The translations under genes and the position numbers were made by a program. From a bacterium (lineage in GTDB: Bacteria; Zhuqueibacterota; Zhuqueibacteria; Residuimicrobiales; Krinioviventaceae): DNA of 64,000 bases. The stretch covers positions 3,456,001-3,520,000 of the forward strand of contig OY843751.1 in the NCBI GenBank assembly GCA_963693055.1, given 5' to 3'. This document shows positions 19,826 to 28,108 of this stretch, piece by piece. Every line of letters begins with the position of its first letter. Position 1 is the stretch's first letter. Under the pieces are notes generated by a model, which did no database searches, was not told where the DNA came from, and worked only from the letters and a program-made list of their open reading frames with translations.

Positions 19826-22153
19826 TTATTGTTTAATTAACCAGACATCAGAAATATGAGACCACTGGCGCCAGTTCAATTCCAATTCTTCCGTTTTCCG
19901 GTCAAAGGTTAATTTAATGGTTCCGTCACTAACAGCAGATTGCGGGACAGTAAATTCTTTAAATGTTTCCATCTCTTTATTATACATTGTATAGGTAATA
20001 CGCTCACCGTCAATACGGGGAAAAGCCTCACCAAATCCCGAAATCCGTAATATATACGATGCTTCAGGATCAAGATCATGATATTCCAACACCGGAGAAT
20101 ACTGGAACACCTGAGAAGACAAACGGGCACGGCTTTTACCTTCATCCCACCAGGCAAAATGGGGTGCTACGTCCGAACAGAATACAGTATGTAGCGACTG
20201 GGCTACACTGCCAATGTTATCATAATAACTACCGGGAGTAGGCTTTTCCCAATCGGCCAGCACTTTGATGCGGGCCAACTTTTCTTTATCTGTAGATAAG
20301 TTGCTAATCTTTTCAAACTCATCCGCTAGCCACCACCGATTATTGAGAGGATAATCAACAAAATCAAGAACGCAACCGCGTTCCGGATTTTTAGCCTGGT
20401 ATTTGGGTACACTGGTTTGCAATCCAATGGACTGATACAAATTTTCGCACAGATCCACAATCCGCTGCCGTAAATCCGGCGCAACACAATGATTATCAGC
20501 CTGTTTCAACAACGCCAAAGCGGATTGCATAGCAGTACCGCTAGCGATATCTCCCGCCTTAGCCAGGATCCGGTTGGCTTTGATTTCAAGATCATTTTCG
20601 TATAAAAATCGACGGCGCTGATAAGCATCATAATTGGCTCGCAGCAGGCACAACTGCCAACGCCAGTTGCCGGCAAGCTGTGGGTACTCTTGTTCCAGAT
20701 CCTTCCAGTAAGCAAGCGTAGCCTCTATACCGCCATTCTGACGGATGGGGCCCACCCAGTTACCTTCAAGAGCAAGAATTCCATAAGCGGCTTTTTCAGC
20801 AACCTGATCATTGAAAAACAACCGGCAATAATCGGTAACAATTTTTTGTACATCCTGTTCCGGGTCCCAGGCAAGTTGAGACCAAAGGGCCTTGTTCACA
20901 TCATCATGCACACCATCGGAATAGGCCAGAAATCCGTCTGTAAAAGGAGCAGTCTGTTGAAATATTTTAGCGTAATAATAGGGCTGGGGATTCGAAGCTT
21001 CACGTCCCAGCGTAAGGGCAAAAGCCTGATCCCACCATTCCACAGGGTACTGACAGGTCATATTGTGGGTAATATCAGGATAATGACGGTGTTTATATTG
21101 CTTTGGTAAACGGTAACGGGTCTCGGACATGGACGGGCTGCCCGGTCCGGATACTACACCCTCAAGCCAATCCGGCTTTTCACGCTCTAGATAATCAAAA
21201 AAATAATCCACTTTTTCAGCATTGAACCCCTGTAACGAGATCCACATACCAGCAGTTGGGTGAGATTGTTTTAATAGTTTTGTCAGTTCTTTTAGATACG
21301 GCATCACATCTCGGGGGTGATTGTGGCCAGGATCGCCGCCCGGAAAGAATACATTATCAAGCCGGGGACAAGTTTTGAAAAATTGTTCATGTTCTTCAAG
21401 AGCTGCCACACGCTTTTCAGTATCGGTCAGATCAAACTGTGCAGGCATCCAGCACCAGTAATCCATATCATATTTAATGCAAATCTCACTGATCTTTTTA
21501 TTCATCTCTTCACGAGGCAGTTTGAAATGCGGACTGGGGCTATCCTGCATGGGGATATTTTCAATACAATTGGCGCCAAAAAGTGCCAGCTCACGGATGT
21601 ACTGATCAAACTGCTGAGGGGTCCATGCGTCCCACGAGTTGGCAGTATTACGGTACCCCAACTGATGTCCACGGATCTGATATTGTGGGCCTGAATATAT
21701 ATCTAATTCATCAGGAATCGTTATCGATCCTTTTTGCAAATCCATTAAAATTAAAAGTCGCCCCACACCATACAACGTACCGCGACGATGTGCTCCCAAA
21801 ATCCACAACTGGGGCTGGCTGTTTTCATGGATTAAAGAGAGATAAAATGCATCCTGCTCATGAAAAGGTCTGTTTAGGGATTCAGGGATCTTTTTAGCAT
21901 ATTTTTTATTGTTACTTTTATGGATCGCAATTACCGGTTTATCAGATGGCCAGGAATGGACCACGGGGAGTTTTATTCCGGTACGTTTTTCGATCTCTTC
22001 CGCAAGCACCTCTGCCGAGACCTGCACAATATGCTCTGAATCATCGCTGATAACAATAACCGCATCATTCAGATTGATTTCACCGGCAAACGCTGAAACG
22101 TGCAAAGTCAAAAAAGTAGAAATCAGTATGAAAATATATTTTCTATTTCTCAT
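19826..22153 (-). CDS. Secreted putative glycoside hydrolase with GH20/GH67-N-like domain
   Basis: Signal peptide; LAEEIEKRTG, RGTLYGVGRLL, IRGHQLGYR, YIRELALFGAN, PGGDPG. Confidence 0.65.
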   Translation of the reverse strand: MRNRKYIFILISTFLTLHVSAFAGEINLNDAVIVISDDSEHIVQVSAEVLAEEIEKRTGIKLPVVHSWPSDKPVIAIHKSNNKKYAKKIPESLNRPFHEQDAFYLSLIHENSQPQLWILGAHRRGTLYGVGRLLILMDLQKGSITIPDELDIYSGPQYQIRGHQLGYRNTANSWDAWTPQQFDQYIRELALFGANCIENIPMQDSPSPHFKLPREEMNKKISEICIKYDMDYWCWMPAQFDLTDTEKRVAALEEHEQFFKTCPRLDNVFFPGGDPGHNHPRDVMPYLKELTKLLKQSHPTAGMWISLQGFNAEKVDYFFDYLEREKPDWLEGVVSGPGSPSMSETRYRLPKQYKHRHYPDITHNMTCQYPVEWWDQAFALTLGREASNPQPYYYAKIFQQTAPFTDGFLAYSDGVHDDVNKALWSQLAWDPEQDVQKIVTDYCRLFFNDQVAEKAAYGILALEGNWVGPIRQNGGIEATLAYWKDLEQEYPQLAGNWRWQLCLLRANYDAYQRRRFLYENDLEIKANRILAKAGDIASGTAMQSALALLKQADNHCVAPDLRQRIVDLCENLYQSIGLQTSVPKYQAKNPERGCVLDFVDYPLNNRWWLADEFEKISNLSTDKEKLARIKVLADWEKPTPGSYYDNIGSVAQSLHTVFCSDVAPHFAWWDEGKSRARLSSQVFQYSPVLEYHDLDPEASYILRISGFGEAFPRIDGERITYTMYNKEMETFKEFTVPQSAVSDGTIKLTFDRKTEELELNWRQWSHISDVWLIKQ

Positions 22154-22162
22154 TTTCTTGAT

Positions 22163-22990
22163 CTATTCCACCTTTTGAACAATGGGAACGCCAATTTGTG
22201 GTAATTTATATTGAATTTTATCTTTGGCAGCAAGAACAAAATCATTGATATCCACAGTATTAATGGTAAACATGTTGTAATGCATGGGAATTGTAGTTTT
22301 GGCATTGATAGCAGTAGCAAAATCAATTGCTTCTTCTATGGAAAAATTGGGTTCAAGATTATATTCTGGTGATTTTTGCCCATTGATTGGTAAAAAAGCA
22401 ATATCAATATCAAAAGGTTTAATATAATCCAATTGTTCTACATATGGCACAGTATCCCCAGCAAAAAACAGCGTTATTTTACCCAGGCGTACAATAAAGC
22501 TGAGATACGGATATCCATAATCATGATTATAATCCAGATCAGAATGTGCAGCAGGTATTGCATAAACACTGATTTGTTGAAATACTTTGGAATCCAAGCC
22601 TCTCAACAGTCCCAGTTGGGTTGGATTAACATATAATCCCTCCAAACGTTTTCTGGCCGCCTCCGGGGCAATAAAAACCGCATCAGGATTACGCTGGGCA
22701 ACGATAGGTATAGTAAAGGGATCAATGTGGTCTACATGATCATGGCTGCACAATACATAATCAATACCCTGAATATCTTTAGGTTCTATGGGTATTGCAC
22801 TCATACGAACATGCTGATTTGGGGTACCCGCAGTCCATTGTTCAGCAAAATCAGACAAATACGGATCAAACAATAAATTCAAAGACTGATAACGGATTAA
22901 AAATCCATTTTGACCCAGCCATACAAATGCCAGTTCCTGCTCAGAGAGTTCAAGATTTTCCAATTTTTCTAGAATAATATGCTTTGTCAT
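22163..22990 (-). CDS. Metallo-beta-lactamase-fold hydrolase (UlaG-like sugar-acid lactonase)
   Basis: WLGQNGF, DPYLS, SHDHVDH (HxHxDH), PAAH, AGDT, LPING, IPMHY. Confidence 0.85.
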   Translation of the reverse strand: MTKHIILEKLENLELSEQELAFVWLGQNGFLIRYQSLNLLFDPYLSDFAEQWTAGTPNQHVRMSAIPIEPKDIQGIDYVLCSHDHVDHIDPFTIPIVAQRNPDAVFIAPEAARKRLEGLYVNPTQLGLLRGLDSKVFQQISVYAIPAAHSDLDYNHDYGYPYLSFIVRLGKITLFFAGDTVPYVEQLDYIKPFDIDIAFLPINGQKSPEYNLEPNFSIEEAIDFATAINAKTTIPMHYNMFTINTVDINDFVLAAKDKIQYKLPQIGVPIVQKVE

Positions 22991-23790
22991 GCTATCTCCT
23001 GTTTTACTGAAAACAGTTGCTTTTGTGCGGATTCATTAATATGTCCAATATTCATCCAGTTTAATCCCAGCAACTCTGCCGCTATTCGATCTATAGTTAT
23101 AGGGTCTGTACCTGCAATCAATTGATTTACATGGGGACTACATTCACGTCCACCCAGGTGAAAATCAGCCAGTCCTATGCTTGCATCCATCAATGTCATA
23201 TCCGGTGCACGATAGCAATTGAGATCAACAATTGCCTGATGCATCATATGATGAAACACTGCTTTTTTCCATGAGCCAAACCTTCCCGAATAATATTTAG
23301 GGGGCGCAATACCCATCATATTCTTGAGGGTCCCTGTTATTTGAGCCAGGGAATGTGCTTTTAACACCGGCACTGATATCAGATAATGCGAAAAAACAAT
23401 TTCAGGTAAATACATTTCAGGAAAAACATTACAGTCAGATCTTTTTATTTTTACGAGTGGTGTATGGTTCAAATCAACCAATTTAATATTATATTGTGAT
23501 GCAATTTGATCATAACCCAAAATCCGGAAAACCTCGTCCGTTTCCATGCTCATGTCACCACATCCTTCTGCAATGACAATCTCTGCATTAGAGCAACCCT
23601 GAATATACTCTACAATTGCAGCACTATTTGCCGGAGAGGTTGTTATGGGATGTTTAGATGCCATAATCAGATTGGGCTTTATAAGAATATGGGTCTGTTC
23701 AGCAAATATTTCTGCTGCACCAATTTTATTTAAAATTTCAAAAACTGAAGTCTTGAAAGATTTAAAATTAACAACTGCTGTACTACTCAT
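22987..23790 (-). CDS. DUF362 domain protein
   Basis: Start likely ATG 23790 (MSSTAVV); ILIKPNL, IAEG, SVPVLKAH, TGTLKNMMG, DPITID; stop overlaps the next start (ATGA). Confidence 0.85.
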   Translation of the reverse strand: MSSTAVVNFKSFKTSVFEILNKIGAAEIFAEQTHILIKPNLIMASKHPITTSPANSAAIVEYIQGCSNAEIVIAEGCGDMSMETDEVFRILGYDQIASQYNIKLVDLNHTPLVKIKRSDCNVFPEMYLPEIVFSHYLISVPVLKAHSLAQITGTLKNMMGIAPPKYYSGRFGSWKKAVFHHMMHQAIVDLNCYRAPDMTLMDASIGLADFHLGGRECSPHVNQLIAGTDPITIDRIAAELLGLNWMNIGHINESAQKQLFSVKQEIA

Positions 23791-23806
23791 ACTACCTACC
23801 TCTTTT

Positions 23807-24571
23807 TTATAGATCAGGACGACTAGCGCAAAATCCCAATGTAAGACCACCATCAACTGTAAAAGAAGAACCTGTAATATAATTTGCTTCTTCTGAAGCC
23901 AGGAACAACACCATGTTTGCAATTTCACGTTTAGATCCTACGCGTCCTGCAGGTACGGCTGTTAAAAACTGTTTCTGCCTGTCAGGATCGGTTAAACGTG
24001 TTGCTATCGCTCCCGGAGCAACCTGATTAACCTGAATATTATACTCTGCCAATTCAAGCGCCATATTTTTAGTTAGCATAACCAAACCACCTTTTGCAGA
24101 GCTGTAATGCGAAAAATTACGCTTGGTCTGGTATTCATGTACAGAACCAATATTAATAATCTTTCCCCCGCCCTGTTCAATCATCATTTTTGCAGCAAGC
24201 TGTCCGCAAAGAAATGGCGCTTTTAAATTCACCGCCATGATCCGGTCCCAGTCTTCTTCCGGCATATCAATAAAGGGAACATTGTTCTGTGTTGCTGCAT
24301 TATTTACCAATACGTCAAGCCGGCCGAAATGGGAATTAATTTTTTTAAACAGTTTACGAATTGCCTCTGGCTCTTCCAGATTACAAACCAGGCTAATGGA
24401 TTCAGGACTGTGGGGAATGACTTGTTCCAAAGCCGATGTAATTTCTGTATTATAATCCGGGCCATGAACAATCACTTTGGCGCCTTCACGCGCAAAACAG
24501 ACAGCAGTCTCTTTACCAATACCTGACACCGAACCGGTTACAAGAACAATTTTACCATCAAATCTTTTCAT
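23807..24571 (-). CDS. Short-chain dehydrogenase/reductase (glucose/gluconate dehydrogenase-like)
   Basis: VTGSVSGIG, LVNNA, YSSAK, VAPGAIAT, YITGSSFTVDGG. Confidence 0.95.
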   Translation of the reverse strand: MKRFDGKIVLVTGSVSGIGKETAVCFAREGAKVIVHGPDYNTEITSALEQVIPHSPESISLVCNLEEPEAIRKLFKKINSHFGRLDVLVNNAATQNNVPFIDMPEEDWDRIMAVNLKAPFLCGQLAAKMMIEQGGGKIINIGSVHEYQTKRNFSHYSSAKGGLVMLTKNMALELAEYNIQVNQVAPGAIATRLTDPDRQKQFLTAVPAGRVGSKREIANMVLFLASEEANYITGSSFTVDGGLTLGFCASRPDL

Positions 24572-24577
24572 GTTTCC

Positions 24578-25657
24578 TCAATCCGCTTTCCACGGTTCAA
24601 AAACAACTTTGAATGCAGCTTTGGGTTGTTGTAATAACAATTCAAACGCTTGCTCAAATTCATCCAGAGGGAATGTATGGGTTATCCATTTACTTACATC
24701 CAGTTTACCGGTATTGAGTAATTGATAAGCTCTAACCAGATCAGAATTAAACGCATTGGACGATGTGGTCAATGTTCGTTCCGAACCAAGAGCCATGGCA
24801 TTCATGTTTACCGGTGTATCATGTACTGCCATATTAACCCAGGTACCTCCTTCCTCAAGCAAGGGTAAAAGATTTTGAATCATTTCACCGGAACCAACCG
24901 AATCAAATATCGCGGCAAACTTTATATTTTTCTCAAGCAGATATTCGTTTAGATCAACTGTTGCAGGATCAATCACTGTAAACTGTGGATAATTTGCCAA
25001 AACGTTTTGAGCAATGGGTGACGGATCAGAAATATAGACGGGAACATTGCTCAACGTTTCAACAACCTGAGCAATACCCAAACCAGCAGGGCCTCCTCCT
25101 ATGCACAAAACGTTCGCGCCGTCATAAATCCGGACCCGTTCAGAAACATGTACCGCAACGCACAAAATATCTGCCATTGCAGCCGATGCAAAATCCAGGT
25201 CATCGTCCAATGGATGCAAGAGATCAGCCCAACCCAAACAATACTCGGCATATCCACCGGGGAAATATTCCATATCTCCCCACCCCTGGGCATGGCCAAT
25301 ATGGATCATATCCCGGCATAAATTCTCACGACCGGTTGTACAAAAGTTACATTTACCGCACACCCGATAAGACTGAACGCCAACCCGTTTTCCAAGCAAA
25401 TGTTCATATTCTGACGAATTAACAGCCTCAACAACTCCTGAAAATTCATGTCCCATCACCATATTGGGAGGATTGTCTACATGTTTACCCAGTGTATGCA
25501 GTGCCCATGGATTTTCTCCCGCCCAGTAACGCAGGTCACTTCCACAGATACCACAAGCTTCCACCCGGATCAGAACATGGTTCTTTTCTGTCATAACCGG
25601 TTTGGGAATATCCAATAGTTGGAGTGTTTTAGGTTTTGTTAATACAACTGCTTGCAT
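24578..25657 (-). CDS. Zinc-dependent medium-chain (polyol/sugar) dehydrogenase
   Basis: Start likely ATG 25657 (AAGGA RBS); CGICGSD, GHEFSG, CGKCNFC..GRENLC, GGGPAG. Confidence 0.92.
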   Translation of the reverse strand: MQAVVLTKPKTLQLLDIPKPVMTEKNHVLIRVEACGICGSDLRYWAGENPWALHTLGKHVDNPPNMVMGHEFSGVVEAVNSSEYEHLLGKRVGVQSYRVCGKCNFCTTGRENLCRDMIHIGHAQGWGDMEYFPGGYAEYCLGWADLLHPLDDDLDFASAAMADILCVAVHVSERVRIYDGANVLCIGGGPAGLGIAQVVETLSNVPVYISDPSPIAQNVLANYPQFTVIDPATVDLNEYLLEKNIKFAAIFDSVGSGEMIQNLLPLLEEGGTWVNMAVHDTPVNMNAMALGSERTLTTSSNAFNSDLVRAYQLLNTGKLDVSKWITHTFPLDEFEQAFELLLQQPKAAFKVVFEPWKAD

Positions 25658-25665
25658 ATTATCCT

Positions 25666-28098
25666 TTATTCTGTTACAGCGGCATCTATAAAGCCATGAT
25701 AACGTCCCATCCAATATGCCAATAACCAGGATGCACCATCATCTTCGTTTTTACCACTTTTGCCACTGTCAGGGTAATAGGGATTTTTGTTCCATTTATT
25801 AAAATTCGTTTCATCCGCCGGGAGTACAGTAATTAACTGTGGTCGGTCAAACCGGTCCTTACGGGGATTCAAAATTACATCAGCACGGTTACTGTTGATC
25901 ATTTCCCACTGGCGTCTATCAGTGGGGATCTGTCTCAAATTGGTAACCGCACTTTTTATGTCAACAAAATCAAGATCAATTGTAGCTGCAGCAAAATAGA
26001 AAAAAGCGGAACCATCGGTCCACAAGGTTTTATAATGTCTACGCACAGCGCGTTGTAATGCGTTTCTCGCTTTATCCCCATGCTCTAACTGAAGTATGGG
26101 GTACAGGGCACAAAATCCCAATTGATTATCTGAATGATTATTCTCATCAGGAAAGACTTTTTTCTCCAAAAGCACATTACCCAGATAACCATGTTCCTTA
26201 ATCAATTTATCATAATGTTCCTTGTACTTGAGATCACCGGTAATATAATAGGTTACTTTGAGAAACGACAAGATTTGCGCGGCATTTAAACCATTTTCAA
26301 TATAATGATCCGGATCATCATTCAGGTTTTCGGGATTCCAGAATCCCCAGCGGGTTCGTTCACCATCCCAGTCAATCAACTGGTAATTATGGTCCACAAT
26401 ATAATCCATAAGGATTGATATTTGCTCTATTATCAATTCCCGTTCTTCCGGAATGAACCGTGCAATATGTTCCCAATAGGCATAAAAAGCAAAGAAATGA
26501 CCATCAATTTCATCACTGGACGTATCACTTTTCCAGATCATTTTACCGTCTGGTGTTACCCGCCATTGCGGGCTTTTGTTTTTCTTTTCAGAAACAGGCA
26601 GCACACTGCGTGCAACCAAACCGGGTATACCGGAAGCATTCTGCAGCATGATCATAGCATGCATGCTCTTTTTTGCAGATTCAAGATAATCGATCCGGTC
26701 AGTTACCGCATATGCCATAGACATGGCAACTACATGATAAGATGTCCATAAACCATCATTATCATTATCAATGATAACATGTCTAGTAGGATTCTCAGCA
26801 TCATCAAATGTACAAGCGGCTACAAGTCCCAGGCGGCGATGATATTTGTTCAATCGTTTTTCAATAATCTCTGCTTTTTGTTCCAATGTTCGTTCAACAG
26901 CACCCAGTTTACTGATTCCTTTGGATGTTTTAAAATAGACCGGCATTCCATTAGGTGGTATAGCAATATCGTTAACAATATTATCTATTAAATAACGCTT
27001 GCCGGCACGATAATACCATTGACGATCCGAAACATAAGGTTTGTACAGAATAGCGCCTTCCGATGTACCGATCCAGATTTGGTCACTCTTATCAATAGCC
27101 AGGCAATTTACAGATTCAACCGGCAAACCCTGTTTCCCCCGGATTATCGACCAGGTACCATCAGCATCCAACCGTCCCAGGCCCGCTCGTGTTCCAACCC
27201 ACAATGTTCCCTTAGAGTCAAAAGCTAGATCTGAAATAAAAGAAGCCGGGGGACCGTCAATACCATAGCTGTTATGACGAACTGCCGTTTTAGAACCAGC
27301 CTTAACAAAATATAACCCCATAGTGGTACCAAACCAGGTAATATCTCCGTTTTGCGCAACAGATGTAATCTGGTTATTTTCCACAGGTGGATCAAAAGTA
27401 AACTTTTGAACATTCTGCATTTGCTGAAACAGCTTTTCGGCTAGTTTGTATTCGTCTTTGTCCAGAGATTGGCGGACATGCTGTACAAAAGGTGTATCTT
27501 TAACAGGGATGTATTCTGTTGCATAGGTCAAAAGCTCAAGATCATCTTCATAATCCAGGGCTGGTACGAGATTAGGTAATATATAATCACCATCAATTTC
27601 AAAAGGTTGACGAATCCATGCTTCATTGACAATAACGTGCTTCATTCCTTTATCTGTATTATAAATCAGGTTAATTTTTTTATCAACGGTTTGTAACAGT
27701 GAATAGAACGCATTACAGCCTTCCGGTTCCAACTCGCGATATAGCGGCCACGACTTTCCGCCATTGGGTGAAAACCACAAGCTCAACTGGTCCTTTCCGG
27801 TAAAACTACCGGAATTTATTGCCATAACAACATTACCAGATTCCAGTTTTATGATATCCCATGCAGCGCCTGCTATCACTTTACGCTGTAATCCCATATA
27901 TTCATCATAATCCGGAGACTTTTCGACAGCACCCAGATTAATCTTGACCAGAGAGCCGTCAGACATTTCTACAAGAACAGGAGTTTGGTCTTGATTCACA
28001 TTAACCATATTAACTTTATAATACGGCTGCGCCAGTGATACCAGCGCACCCGATATTATCATATAAAATAGTAAATAAAAACGAACGAACCTGAACAT
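25666..28098 (-). CDS. Secreted multidomain protein: BNR propeller fragment + Reg_prop-type beta-propeller repeats + C-terminal alpha/alpha-barrel putative glycosidase
   Basis: Asp-box SPNGGKSW; repeats WFGT..GL, LWVGT.AGL, GLP..V..LAID...IWIGT.EG; DNDGLWTS, WKSDTSSDEIDGH, WLLAYWMGRYHG. Confidence 0.65.
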   Translation of the reverse strand: MFRFVRFYLLFYMIISGALVSLAQPYYKVNMVNVNQDQTPVLVEMSDGSLVKINLGAVEKSPDYDEYMGLQRKVIAGAAWDIIKLESGNVVMAINSGSFTGKDQLSLWFSPNGGKSWPLYRELEPEGCNAFYSLLQTVDKKINLIYNTDKGMKHVIVNEAWIRQPFEIDGDYILPNLVPALDYEDDLELLTYATEYIPVKDTPFVQHVRQSLDKDEYKLAEKLFQQMQNVQKFTFDPPVENNQITSVAQNGDITWFGTTMGLYFVKAGSKTAVRHNSYGIDGPPASFISDLAFDSKGTLWVGTRAGLGRLDADGTWSIIRGKQGLPVESVNCLAIDKSDQIWIGTSEGAILYKPYVSDRQWYYRAGKRYLIDNIVNDIAIPPNGMPVYFKTSKGISKLGAVERTLEQKAEIIEKRLNKYHRRLGLVAACTFDDAENPTRHVIIDNDNDGLWTSYHVVAMSMAYAVTDRIDYLESAKKSMHAMIMLQNASGIPGLVARSVLPVSEKKNKSPQWRVTPDGKMIWKSDTSSDEIDGHFFAFYAYWEHIARFIPEERELIIEQISILMDYIVDHNYQLIDWDGERTRWGFWNPENLNDDPDHYIENGLNAAQILSFLKVTYYITGDLKYKEHYDKLIKEHGYLGNVLLEKKVFPDENNHSDNQLGFCALYPILQLEHGDKARNALQRAVRRHYKTLWTDGSAFFYFAAATIDLDFVDIKSAVTNLRQIPTDRRQWEMINSNRADVILNPRKDRFDRPQLITVLPADETNFNKWNKNPYYPDSGKSGKNEDDGASWLLAYWMGRYHGFIDAAVTE

Positions 28099-28108
28099 CT
28101 AGCTACCA

